Positions 26,840 to 36,069 of a stretch of 63,847 nt of DNA are shown here, in pieces (positions within the stretch are counted from its first letter, which is position 1; the number at the start of each line of letters is the position of its first letter). The translations under genes and the position numbers were made by a program. The stretch spans positions 1 through 63,847 of the forward strand of contig CAZZWE010000003.1 in assembly GCA_964657675.1 (NCBI GenBank), given 5' to 3'. Source of the stretch: an uncultured Steroidobacteraceae bacterium (GTDB taxonomy: Bacteria > Pseudomonadota > Gammaproteobacteria > Steroidobacterales > Steroidobacteraceae). A model generated the notes under the pieces. The model had not been told where the DNA came from. It worked only from the letters and a program-made list of their open reading frames with translations, and ran no database searches.

Positions 26840-28492
26840 TCAAGGCCTCCACGAGTTCGACCGACCGGCGCCTCGAAGCACATTCCCCGGCTTGAGACCC
26901 GTGTGCTGTCCCTGATTGATCACCAACTGCCCATTCACCACGACATAGTCGATTCCAATGGGATAGGACATCGGGTTTTCGTAACTGGCCACATCGTCCA
27001 GATGATCCTCGTTAAAAACGGTGACATCCGCCTTCAATCCCTCGCGGATGACACCGCGATCGAAAAGGCGCATGCGTGCTGCCGGCCACGAGGTCATTTT
27101 GCGAATGGCATCCTCCAGAGTCAGTACATGGCGCCGCTTGACGTACTCGGCGATGACACGCGGAAAATTTGCGTACGCGCGCGGATGCGGCAGCCCCAAG
27201 GAATCAATCTTGCCCGGCGCTTCATTGGCGCCTGCATCGCTGCCGATGCTCATCCACGGCCATTTCAGGGCGGTTTCAATGTCGGACTCGCTCATCATGA
27301 AATAAAGCGCCATGGCGCGATTGGGCTGCGCCGCGATTAAAATATCCCACGCCACGTCGGCCGGGTCCTTGCCGAGCTGTTGAGCGATGTAGGCGATGCT
27401 CTTGAAACGATACCGGTCGTACTTGGGATTGAAGGCATTGGCCAGCATGATGTGATCCCAGCCGCCGCTCGCCTCGATGAGATTGGACCAGCCGGGCATC
27501 GAACCCGCCGCGATTTCTTGCTTGAGCCGAACGCGCACCTTGGGATCTTTGAGCCTCTCGAGACCCCGTTTTTCGCCCTGTTCCCAAACCCAATTGGGTA
27601 CCGTGATGTCGAGTCCCGTGCCACCGGCCGTATACACATACATATCGGCCGCAATGCTGATGCCGCGCGCGCGCGCGGCTTCGATTTTTTGGCCCGCTTC
27701 CGGCACCAGCTGACCCCAGCCGGGCGAATAGGCCCCCTTGAAATGAAAGATCTCGACCTGGATGCCGGCCTTCTCGCCGATCTCGATGGACTCGTCGATG
27801 GCTTGCAGCAGCTTGGCGCTCTCGTCGCGCATGTGACTGGCGTAGATCCCATCGTAGCGCGCGGCCACGCGCGCGAGCTCAATGAGATCCTCGGTGGTCT
27901 GGAAGCTGTCCGGTGCGTAGATCAAAGCGGTGGCAATACCCATCGCGCCGGCGCGCATCGCTTCATCCACGTGCGCGCGCATTTGGTCCATCTGCGCAGC
28001 CGAGGGCCTTCCAGCCTTATCGCCCATGACTTCAACGCGAGCTTGTGCGCTGCCGTAATAGGTTCCGAAATTCAGCGAGATGCCCTGCGACTCCAGCTGC
28101 TTGAAGTAACGGTCGATTTGCGCCGACGGTACCGGCGTTCCGCCTTCACCCGCGATCGCCGTGGTCACCCCTTCGCGAAGTTTGTTCTCCGCCAAGCCAT
28201 TCTTTAAAAGCACCTCCCCGGATTGGTCCATCATGTCGATCCAACCGGGCGACACGTAGTCGCCCGCGGCGTCGATCTCACGGATGCCGCGGCCAGCGAC
28301 GCTGCCGATTTTGACGAAGCGTCCATCCTTGATGGCAACATCCGCTCGTATCCAGGGATTACCAGCCCCGTCGAGGACTTTGCCATTGCGGATGACGATG
28401 TCATAAACAGGGCTCGACTGCGCTAAAGCCGCGTTCCCCATCCACAAGCTCTGGCCGATGATCAGCCACGCGAAAACGGCTTTGCAGGTCAT
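26840..28492 (-). CDS. N-acyl-D-amino-acid deacylase (D-aminoacylase) family amidohydrolase, exported
   Basis: Signal peptide. Motifs YASHMRDE, VEIFHFKG and SIGSDA. The N-terminal HxH position reads IDMMDQSG. Confidence 0.8.
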   Translation of the reverse strand: MTCKAVFAWLIIGQSLWMGNAALAQSSPVYDIVIRNGKVLDGAGNPWIRADVAIKDGRFVKIGSVAGRGIREIDAAGDYVSPGWIDMMDQSGEVLLKNGLAENKLREGVTTAIAGEGGTPVPSAQIDRYFKQLESQGISLNFGTYYGSAQARVEVMGDKAGRPSAAQMDQMRAHVDEAMRAGAMGIATALIYAPDSFQTTEDLIELARVAARYDGIYASHMRDESAKLLQAIDESIEIGEKAGIQVEIFHFKGAYSPGWGQLVPEAGQKIEAARARGISIAADMYVYTAGGTGLDITVPNWVWEQGEKRGLERLKDPKVRVRLKQEIAAGSMPGWSNLIEASGGWDHIMLANAFNPKYDRYRFKSIAYIAQQLGKDPADVAWDILIAAQPNRAMALYFMMSESDIETALKWPWMSIGSDAGANEAPGKIDSLGLPHPRAYANFPRVIAEYVKRRHVLTLEDAIRKMTSWPAARMRLFDRGVIREGLKADVTVFNEDHLDDVASYENPMSYPIGIDYVVVNGQLVINQGQHTGLKPGNVLRGAGRSNSWRP

Positions 28493-29538
28493 GTGGAATG
28501 GCCCGCCCGAATGACTTCGTTGATGGCGTCGAGCACCACCTGAGGCCGATCTTGATGAATATAGTGGGTGGCGCCCGGCACCACCCGGTTGCTCCCGCGC
28601 GTGGACAGCTGAACCATCTCGTCATGCATTTTTGACCACTCCGCTTGTAATGCCGGGAGTTGAGCCTTGGCCTCCTCCGTCCAGGGGACGGGTGGAAAGT
28701 CGCCCGCGGTCAACACAATCATCGGCGTGTGGTTGAGCGTGTGCCAGGCCTGATTGAGTTGCAGTGAATCGCGATTCGAAAACATATTGTCCAGCAGTGA
28801 CAGTGAATCCTTCTGCGCTGCGACGTTGCGTTCGATGCGACTCAAGGCTTGGTTCAAATCGCGGGGATAGCCTTTGTCCGGCGGCGACCTACAATCCTTG
28901 TCCACCGGGGAATGATTCTCGCGCTCAACGATGCAGCGGCGCAGTTGCTCGATTTGACTGGTTTGAAGCCCATCGATCACGGCGTAGGTCGCCGGAGCCG
29001 CCTTCTTCAGACGGTCGGCTTGATAAGGGCCTGCTGGATCCACCAACACGATGCCCGCGACGTCAGCGGGATGGCGAAACGCGAACATCAGCGTCTCGAA
29101 ACTGCCGAGCGAATGACCGACCAGCACGTAGGGTGGCGCGATCTGTGCTTCCTTCAGCGCCGCCTCGAGGTCGTTGGTGAGGTGAGTCACGTCCAAGGGC
29201 TCCGAGGTCGGATCACTGAATCCGAAACCCGGTCGATCCCAGGCACAAGAGCGAACCGTCTGCGGCAATCGAGACTGCATGCCGCGCCAGGTCAGGCTTT
29301 GGTCACCGGCTCCCGCCGTGAACAGGACGGTCGGCGCGCCATCGCCCACGCACCGCAGATTCAGCCGACCACCGCCGGGCAATGTTACCAGCGTCCCGGG
29401 ATGTACATAGCGGCTGAGCGGGAGCTCATGGGCGCCGCCGGTGCTGGGTTGCGCGTCTGAGAATACGAACGACGACAGCAGTGCGATCGCTGCAGTCGCG
29501 CTCGACATGATCTGAGCGGGTCGTCCAATACATTTCAT
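28489..29538 (-). CDS. alpha/beta hydrolase, exported
   Basis: Nucleophile elbow VGHSLGS. Signal-like N-terminus MKCIGRPAQIMSSATAAIALLSSFVFS. AGAGGG lies 6 nt before ATG 29538. ATGA overlap with the next gene. Confidence 0.8.
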   Translation of the reverse strand: MKCIGRPAQIMSSATAAIALLSSFVFSDAQPSTGGAHELPLSRYVHPGTLVTLPGGGRLNLRCVGDGAPTVLFTAGAGDQSLTWRGMQSRLPQTVRSCAWDRPGFGFSDPTSEPLDVTHLTNDLEAALKEAQIAPPYVLVGHSLGSFETLMFAFRHPADVAGIVLVDPAGPYQADRLKKAAPATYAVIDGLQTSQIEQLRRCIVERENHSPVDKDCRSPPDKGYPRDLNQALSRIERNVAAQKDSLSLLDNMFSNRDSLQLNQAWHTLNHTPMIVLTAGDFPPVPWTEEAKAQLPALQAEWSKMHDEMVQLSTRGSNRVVPGATHYIHQDRPQVVLDAINEVIRAGHST

Positions 29539-29675
29539 GAGTTGCCCTCTGAATCCATTCTTTAGTAGGCCCTTACTGATTGGGTTCTGCAATAGTCTTG
29601 AAGTGCGCGCGCGTTCTTTGCAGCGGCGCGCGCGATAAATCGGCACAATGTCGGGACTTCAGTTGAGGGGTGTCT

Positions 29676-31457
29676 ATGAATCGTTGGTATGCGCTCATGG
29701 TTTGGATCGGCGTCTCCGTTCCACTGTCCTTATCCGCCGAATCCATAGCACCCGCTGCCCTGGCCGACGTGGCCAAGGTTGAGCTGCAGTGGGGTGTGAA
29801 AATTCCCCTGCGCGATGGGGTGCAGCTGAACGCCACCGTGTACAAACCGGCCAACCTCAAAGACCCCAAACCCTGTCTGTTCACATTGACGCCGTATATC
29901 GGTCAGAGCTATCACGACCGCGGCATGTACTTCGCCGCCCACGGCTATCCATTTCTGACCGTGGATGTTCGCGGTCGGGGCAACTCGGAAGGCGACTTTC
30001 ATCCGTTGATACAAGAAGCCAAGGATGGATATGACGTGGTCGAATGGCTCGCGAAGCAGCCTTACTGCAATGGCAAGATTTCCATGTGGGGCGGCTCGTA
30101 CGCGGGCTACGATCAGTGGGCGACCGCCAAGGAATTCCCACCGCACCTGGCAACGATTGTGCCCGTGGCCTCGCCGGCGGCCGGCGTCGATTTTCCGGCG
30201 ACCAATAACTTGTTTGCGCCGTATGACCTGCAATGGCTGACCTTCACCAGTGGCCACACCTCACAGGATCATTTGTTCGGAGACAGCGCCTTCTGGACCG
30301 GCAAATATAGAAACGCGGTCGAAGCCGGCATCCCCTACCGCAAGCTCGATGAGTTCGTGGGCAACCCCTCGCCTCTCTTTCAGGAATGGGTCGCCCATCC
30401 GGCCATCGATGACTACTGGGATTCCTACAATCCGACTGCAGAGCAGTACGCCCGCCTCTCCATTCCCATTCTCACCATCACGGGCATGTACGACGGTGAT
30501 CAGCCGGGTGCGCTCGCCCACTACACTCGCTACATGCAGGCCGCGTCAGCGGAAGGCAGGGCGCGTCATTTCTTGGTGATCGGACCGTGGGACCATCCTG
30601 GAACCCGCACCCCGAAACAAGAATTCCTGGGCCTCAAATTCGCGCCCGCAAGCTTGGTGGATCTGCCGCAATTACATCTTGACTGGTATCGCTATGCCAT
30701 GGAGGGCGGCCCTAAACCCGCCTTTCTACAAAAGCCCGTGGCCTATTATGTGACCGGCGCAGAGCGTTGGCGGTATGCGGATTCCCTCGCCGGCATCACC
30801 GCGGAATCCCGGCCGTTCTATCTCAGCTCGAACGGCGATGGTGCGAAGGAAATCTATTCGGCCGGCACGATGGCCCCGCAACCGGCGGCCCACGGCGCGC
30901 CGGATCACTACGTCTACGATCCCAAGGATCTGTCCCTGGCCAAGATCGAGTCGGAGAGCGAGCAGGATTCAATGCTCGACCAACAGGTGCATCTCGCCAA
31001 TCCTGCCAAACTCGTCTATGTATCGGCACCCTTCGACAAAGCCACCGAGCTGTCGGGCTTTTTCCGACTGGAAGCCTGGATCGGCATCGATCAACCGGAT
31101 ACCGATTTCATCGTCGCGGTGTCGGAAATCAGTCCAAACGGCACCATCACCCCGCTGTCCACCGACATGGAGCGCGCGCGATACCGCGAGAGCCTGCGCA
31201 CGGCGAAGCTCGTGACTACCAAGTCGCCGCTGAAGTACGACTTCAATCGGTTCACCTTTGCCTCGCGCCAAGTGTGTCGCGGCTGTCGGCTGGTGGTGAT
31301 GCTGTCAGCGGCAAACTCGATTCAGATCGAGAAAAATTACAACTCCGGCGGTGTGGTCGCTGATGAAACCCTGGCCGACGCACGCACCGTCACGGTCAGC
31401 TTGTTTCATGACGCGAAACATTCGAGCGCGCTGTACGTGCCCATCGCCGCGCCTTGA
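29676..31457 (+). CDS. CocE/NonD family hydrolase (X-Pro dipeptidyl-peptidase S15-like), exported
   Basis: Signal peptide MNRWYALMVWIGVSVPLSLSA. Nucleophile motif WGGSYAGY. GAGGGG lies 5 nt before ATG 29676, while the ORF opens at GTG 29670. Confidence 0.85.
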   Translation: MNRWYALMVWIGVSVPLSLSAESIAPAALADVAKVELQWGVKIPLRDGVQLNATVYKPANLKDPKPCLFTLTPYIGQSYHDRGMYFAAHGYPFLTVDVRGRGNSEGDFHPLIQEAKDGYDVVEWLAKQPYCNGKISMWGGSYAGYDQWATAKEFPPHLATIVPVASPAAGVDFPATNNLFAPYDLQWLTFTSGHTSQDHLFGDSAFWTGKYRNAVEAGIPYRKLDEFVGNPSPLFQEWVAHPAIDDYWDSYNPTAEQYARLSIPILTITGMYDGDQPGALAHYTRYMQAASAEGRARHFLVIGPWDHPGTRTPKQEFLGLKFAPASLVDLPQLHLDWYRYAMEGGPKPAFLQKPVAYYVTGAERWRYADSLAGITAESRPFYLSSNGDGAKEIYSAGTMAPQPAAHGAPDHYVYDPKDLSLAKIESESEQDSMLDQQVHLANPAKLVYVSAPFDKATELSGFFRLEAWIGIDQPDTDFIVAVSEISPNGTITPLSTDMERARYRESLRTAKLVTTKSPLKYDFNRFTFASRQVCRGCRLVVMLSAANSIQIEKNYNSGGVVADETLADARTVTVSLFHDAKHSSALYVPIAAP

Positions 31458-32587
31458 CGAGAAGCGCCTTGACGGTATTCGTCGCATCGCTGCTGATGAC
31501 GGCGATCGTGGGCGCATTCATGCCGGCCGCTTGGCGATCCGCGCGCAGCACCTCCGCACTGGGAGTCTTTTGGGGATTGGCGGCGCTGGTGCACGCCGCG
31601 TGGCTCGGCATTCCGCAGCTTGGGTTGGCTGCTCCCGTCGCACGACTCTTGGCGATTCTGTGGTTGGGCAGCATGCTCTCAGCCACCTGCTTGCTGATCC
31701 CTTTCGGGTTGCTGGCGGCGGCGTTTCGACAACGCGAAGCCGTATCGGGCGCTCTGCCGGTGACCTACGTCGTCGCTTTCTCCCTAGCAGGCATTATTTT
31801 GGCGATCAGCAGTGACGCAAGCTTCGTCGTGCGTCAGCAAGAGATTCGCGTGGTGGGTTTGCCCGCCGCCTTGGAAGGCTTTCGCATCGCGAATTTGGGC
31901 GACGTTCACATCGGCTACTTCATCGATGCCGAGGAATTGACCCGCGGGATCGAGGCCATCAACGCGCAACACGTGGACGTGATCGCCGTCACCGGCGACC
32001 TGGTCGACGACGTCAATCAGCTCGAAGGCACGATGCGGGCGTTGGAGCTGAGCAATGCTCCGTTCAATCTCGTGGCCATCCTCGGCAATCATGAAGAGTC
32101 CGGCGAGCTTGCGAAAATCCTCTCGATTTATCGGTCACACTCGGCGCGCATCGATCTGCTGCTGAACCAGAACGTGACCCTCGACAAGCAAGGCGCATCG
32201 CTGCATATCGTCGGCATTAAATATCCGACAGACCCCACAGGACAGATAGTGCACCATCCGGAATTGGATGTTTCGCTGATGAACGCCGAGGCGGATGCTG
32301 CGTTCGCGGGCGTGCCGCCGGGCGAAACCGTCGTTGCACTGACGCACCATCCGGCATTTTTTCCAATCGCCGTCGCGCACGGCGCTCAAGTCACCCTGGC
32401 GAGCCATACGCACGGTGGACAAATCCGTGTATTTGGCCGACCTCTCCTCGACCTTTATCCATTCTTGCACGGGCTTTATCAGCAAGGCGATGCGAGCCTG
32501 GATGTGAGCGCGGGGTTTGGGCATTGGTTGCCGTTGCGATTGGGAGTTCCGCGCGAGATCGTCATCGTCACACTGCGACAGGGTTAG
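31454..32587 (+). CDS. membrane-anchored metallophosphoesterase
   Basis: N-terminal TM helices followed by motifs GDVHIG, VTGDLVDD, GNHE and SHTHGGQ. TTG start overlaps the previous stop. An alternative ATG is at 31496. Confidence 0.8.
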   Translation: MTRSALTVFVASLLMTAIVGAFMPAAWRSARSTSALGVFWGLAALVHAAWLGIPQLGLAAPVARLLAILWLGSMLSATCLLIPFGLLAAAFRQREAVSGALPVTYVVAFSLAGIILAISSDASFVVRQQEIRVVGLPAALEGFRIANLGDVHIGYFIDAEELTRGIEAINAQHVDVIAVTGDLVDDVNQLEGTMRALELSNAPFNLVAILGNHEESGELAKILSIYRSHSARIDLLLNQNVTLDKQGASLHIVGIKYPTDPTGQIVHHPELDVSLMNAEADAAFAGVPPGETVVALTHHPAFFPIAVAHGAQVTLASHTHGGQIRVFGRPLLDLYPFLHGLYQQGDASLDVSAGFGHWLPLRLGVPREIVIVTLRQG

Positions 32588-32651
32588 GGTCAGCCGCGAC
32601 TCACGCTTCGATGATCTCGCGCACCCTGATTGTAAATTTTTCCCGGACGCA

Positions 32652-33044
32652 TTATGTCGCCGCCGGTGACTCGCTGTGCGCCGGCTCAGGCGGAACCAGC
32701 TTGTTCACGATATCGATGACTTGGAAAACGCTGAATGGCTTGCGCAAGAACATCATGTAGCCCTCGCACCGCTGCGCGACGCTCGCTTCCGGAATCGAAC
32801 TCATCATGACCACCGGGATGTCGCGCAATTCGGCGGACTTCGACAAGCGTTGCAGAACGGCTGCGCCATCCATGACCGGCATCATGAAGTCCAAGAAAAT
32901 GATATTCGGCGTTTGCCCCTCCACGAGCTCCAACCCATGCTTTCCATTGGATGCCGTCAACACATCATGACCTTCATCGACCAACACGGCCTGAAGCAGC
33001 TCCGCGATGCCGAATTCATCATCGATGATGATCACCTTGGCCAT
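32652..33044 (-). CDS. stand-alone response-regulator receiver protein (CheY-like, 130 aa)
   Basis: Receiver motifs KVIIIDDE, FLDFMMPVMDG and FLRKPF. No output domain. Its start shares one nt with the KaiC-like stop (TAATG). Confidence 0.88.
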   Translation of the reverse strand: MAKVIIIDDEFGIAELLQAVLVDEGHDVLTASNGKHGLELVEGQTPNIIFLDFMMPVMDGAAVLQRLSKSAELRDIPVVMMSSIPEASVAQRCEGYMMFLRKPFSVFQVIDIVNKLVPPEPAHSESPAAT

Positions 33045-34504
33045 TAAGCCGACTTCGTCGAGTCAAGCGAGTCGCGTTCGACGACACCCATGATCGACTC
33101 CGCGCTTTGCGTCGATGCGGACACCTGCGGCCCGGCTCCGCTCAGTACGAACTCATGCAGCATGGGATCAAACTCGCTGTCCCTCACTTTCATGATGGAG
33201 ATCAAGCGGTGCAGGCGCGCCCCCTGCTCGATATATCGCAGTGAGATCAGGTTTTCGGCGACCACCGAAATATCCCCAAACGAGACCGGTCCGGACGAGC
33301 CCACCATGTTGCCGGCCTCAAAGCTGTAAATCGTGGTGACGTCGCGAGCGCGAAGTTCGTTGGTCAGGGCGGGGAGAAACTGCTGCATTCTTTGCTCATG
33401 CTCCGGCGCTTTTTGCAGCGCCCCCAGACCATCCAGAAACAGCCGACGAACACCTCGACGCCGCACCGCCGACAGCACCCGATCGGCATATTCATCCAGC
33501 AAATCGCTGGTCGGGGGTTGCCACAGCATTTCCACGACGCCATCGTCGAACAAGGCAGTCAGCGGCTTGCAGACCTGCTCGGCCTTCGCCTGAATACGCG
33601 AGGGCATTTCGTAGAATCCCAGCATCAGGCCGGGCTCCGCACGAGTGCAGGCCGATAGGAACTGTAAACCGAACGTGGTTTTGCCAATGCCGGAGGGTCC
33701 GACCAACAGTGTCGTGGAGCCTTCGGGCAGCCCCCCACTGAGCATGGCATCCAATTCGATGACGCCGGTGCTGACTCGGCGCAAGCTGTTTTTGTCGGCC
33801 ACGGTCGGTTCAAACAAGATCGCCTCAGTGCGCGGGAAGATGACCACGCCGGCGTCGGTGATCCGATAACTGTGTTTGCCACGCAGGAACGTTGAGCCCC
33901 GACTCTTGGTCACCTGGACCGTGCGTACGGCCGACCAACCCTGTGATTGATCACTGAGCTCAACGATGCCGTCGACGAGGGTGTGCTCCGGCGTGGTTTG
34001 AGCGCTGCGGCTGGTGCTGGCGATCAGGAACACGGTGCAGTTGGCGCCGAGAGCGACACCCTGCAATTCGTGAATAAATTCATTGAAGTTTTGTTCATCG
34101 CGCGCGGCGCGTTGGGCCGCGATGATTCCGTCGACCACCAGGGTGGTTACTTTCCTGGCCAACACTTCGCGCCGAATCAGCGACAACAGACCACCAAGAC
34201 CCTCAGAACGCATCACGTTGAAGGCGCTGATGTAATTCACATGGTCCGGCAGCTGGGACTCATCGAAGAATGACAGGCGACCCATGTACTGCACCATGCG
34301 GGAGTGATATTCCGTCAGCAGGGTGACGTACAACGCTTGCTTGCCTTCAGCGGCCGTGTTGAAGCAAATCTGATTGGCGATGGTGGTCTTGCCCGTGCCA
34401 GGCGCCCCTTGAATGAGGTAAATGCCGCCTTGAAAGAATCCGCCGTTCAACACGGCATCCAACCCTACAACGCCGCTCACAAAACGTTCCAATCGATCCG
34501 TCAC
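33044..34504 (-). CDS. KaiC-like duplicated RecA-superfamily ATPase (486 aa)
   Basis: Two tandem halves, each with a Walker A (GAPGTGKT; GPSGIGKT) and a Walker B-like strand (TLVVDG; RLFLDG). The size and duplication are typical of KaiC homologues. Confidence 0.8.
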   Translation of the reverse strand: MTDRLERFVSGVVGLDAVLNGGFFQGGIYLIQGAPGTGKTTIANQICFNTAAEGKQALYVTLLTEYHSRMVQYMGRLSFFDESQLPDHVNYISAFNVMRSEGLGGLLSLIRREVLARKVTTLVVDGIIAAQRAARDEQNFNEFIHELQGVALGANCTVFLIASTSRSAQTTPEHTLVDGIVELSDQSQGWSAVRTVQVTKSRGSTFLRGKHSYRITDAGVVIFPRTEAILFEPTVADKNSLRRVSTGVIELDAMLSGGLPEGSTTLLVGPSGIGKTTFGLQFLSACTRAEPGLMLGFYEMPSRIQAKAEQVCKPLTALFDDGVVEMLWQPPTSDLLDEYADRVLSAVRRRGVRRLFLDGLGALQKAPEHEQRMQQFLPALTNELRARDVTTIYSFEAGNMVGSSGPVSFGDISVVAENLISLRYIEQGARLHRLISIMKVRDSEFDPMLHEFVLSGAGPQVSASTQSAESIMGVVERDSLDSTKSA

Positions 34505-35274
34505 GTTAAAACCTCGGCGGCCCTTGGCAGGCTCACCTTAAATAGGGCGCCGCCGCCGGGAGGATCCTCGATCGAAATGGTGCCGTTCATGGCATGGATG
34601 AGCTGACCCACCACCCACAGCCCGATGCCAAAGCCGCTGCGGTACTCGTTGTGCCCCACCGCGCGCTCGAAGCGCTCGAAAATCCGGGCTCGATCAGCCG
34701 GCGCAATGCCCTTGCCGTGATCACGGACTTCAATCACGACACTGCGCTCAGCGGCGGTGAGGGTCAGCTCTACAGCACCTCGGCCGCCATACTTGATGGC
34801 GTTCGACAGCAGATTGTCGATGATCTGCTCGACCGCCAGTCGATCCCACAAGCCCGCAGCACACTGCGGGTAAGTGACCGACAGTGTCACTCCCGAATAT
34901 TGGGCGGCGGCCGCAAACTGTTCGGCGATTTCTTGCATCAACACTGTCAGATCGCAATTCACGGGTTGCAGCCGAAAGCTGCCGCTGTTGAGCCTCGAGA
35001 CGTCAAGCAACACGACCGCCCGCTTCATGTATTGCTGAATGGTTCGTTGAATCTTACCGAGCCGCTCGTCCGCCATCTCCAGCGAACACCTGCCCGCGCG
35101 GATTGCGGATGACAGCAGTTCGATCTGGCCCATGATGGGCATCATCGGATTGCGCAATTCGTGGGCTGCAACGGCAATAAAGGTGTCGCGCGCTTCCACC
35201 GCCTGGGACAGCTGCTCCACCTGCTCACGTAGCGAGGCGGAGGATTCATGGTGGGAGGACCGCAACAGCGTCAT
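34501..35274 (-). CDS. soluble histidine kinase lacking a sensor domain (HisKA + HATPase_c, 257 aa)
   Basis: H-box AAHELRNPMMPI lies about 35 aa from the N-terminus. N-box LLSNAIKYG and G-boxes RDHGKGI and GFGIGLW are present. ATGA overlap with the KaiC-like gene. Confidence 0.88.
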   Translation of the reverse strand: MTLLRSSHHESSASLREQVEQLSQAVEARDTFIAVAAHELRNPMMPIMGQIELLSSAIRAGRCSLEMADERLGKIQRTIQQYMKRAVVLLDVSRLNSGSFRLQPVNCDLTVLMQEIAEQFAAAAQYSGVTLSVTYPQCAAGLWDRLAVEQIIDNLLSNAIKYGGRGAVELTLTAAERSVVIEVRDHGKGIAPADRARIFERFERAVGHNEYRSGFGIGLWVVGQLIHAMNGTISIEDPPGGGALFKVSLPRAAEVLT

Positions 35275-35391
35275 TCTCGCGCTCTATCGAGACTATGCGC
35301 CGTCGCAGATCGTAAGATGATGCCTAAGCCGTTCGAACTCAACAACCCAGATAAGGCGTAGTCTTCCTCTCACAACACCATTGAACGCCGC

Positions 35392-35970
35392 TCACTGCGT
35401 TCGCAGCACCTGATCAACCAAATCTCGTACGAAGCGGTTATTTTGCGCGGTCGTGTAATGAAATTCGCATAAGTAGGCATGCATTTGCCGCGCCTCGAGT
35501 GCGCCCAAGATCGCCTCGGATGCGATGCGACCAGTACCGGAGCTGAACTCGGCGTGCCCGAGCGCCCCCTCCAGCCATTCGGCCAGCATGCCCCGCAGCC
35601 GTATCATCAACGGCGCATTCTTGCCGCGAAGCCCCCGCGCACTCACGCCGCCTCGGTGCAATAAAAAGGCCGCAGGGACGGCGACCGCCAGAAATTCGTT
35701 CAGACCATAGAGGATCTTGAGCAGTTGCGGGCGGGCGGTGCCGGCAGCGGGAGGCGCGGACGTCAATAAAGACACCGCTTCGGGCTCGCCCGGCCACAGC
35801 GCGAGAACCAGCAGCCGCTCCTTGGTCTTGACCCGATGAAACAACGCCGCCGGGGTGATCCCCAACTCCTTGGCGACGGTGGCCACCGGCGTGTCGGTAC
35901 CCTCGCGAAGAAACACCGCGCGGGCGACTCGCGACAGATCTTCATCGCTGACGGTTTTTGGTCGGCCCAT
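35392..35970 (-). CDS. TetR/AcrR family transcriptional regulator
   Basis: N-terminal HTH (LSRVARAVFLREGTDTPVATVAKELGITPAALFHRVKTKERLL). Divergent from the PQQ-ADH gene. Confidence 0.85.
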   Translation of the reverse strand: MGRPKTVSDEDLSRVARAVFLREGTDTPVATVAKELGITPAALFHRVKTKERLLVLALWPGEPEAVSLLTSAPPAAGTARPQLLKILYGLNEFLAVAVPAAFLLHRGGVSARGLRGKNAPLMIRLRGMLAEWLEGALGHAEFSSGTGRIASEAILGALEARQMHAYLCEFHYTTAQNNRFVRDLVDQVLRTQ

Positions 35971-36012
35971 GCGAAATCATAACTTAGCCACGCGTGCCCA
36001 ATGCGGAAGTTC

Positions 36013-36059
36013 TTGCCATCCCAATCCACCTTATTTATAACTGACTGACCAGTTATTAA
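36013..36059. promoter_or_regulatory. sigma70-like promoter overlapped by a palindromic operator candidate
   Basis: TTGCCA (36013-36018), a 17-nt spacer, then TATAAC (36036-36041). The inverted repeat ATAACTG-ACTGAC-CAGTTAT (36037-36056) overlaps the -10, 14 nt before the ADH ATG. Confidence 0.4.
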
Positions 36060-36069
36060 TGGACGCCAG

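Noticed and set aside
33044-34504. Bona fide circadian KaiC oscillator
   Set aside because: No kaiA or kaiB is in the window. The catalytic EE pairs appear reduced to single Glu residues in my by-eye alignment. I therefore call it only KaiC-like.
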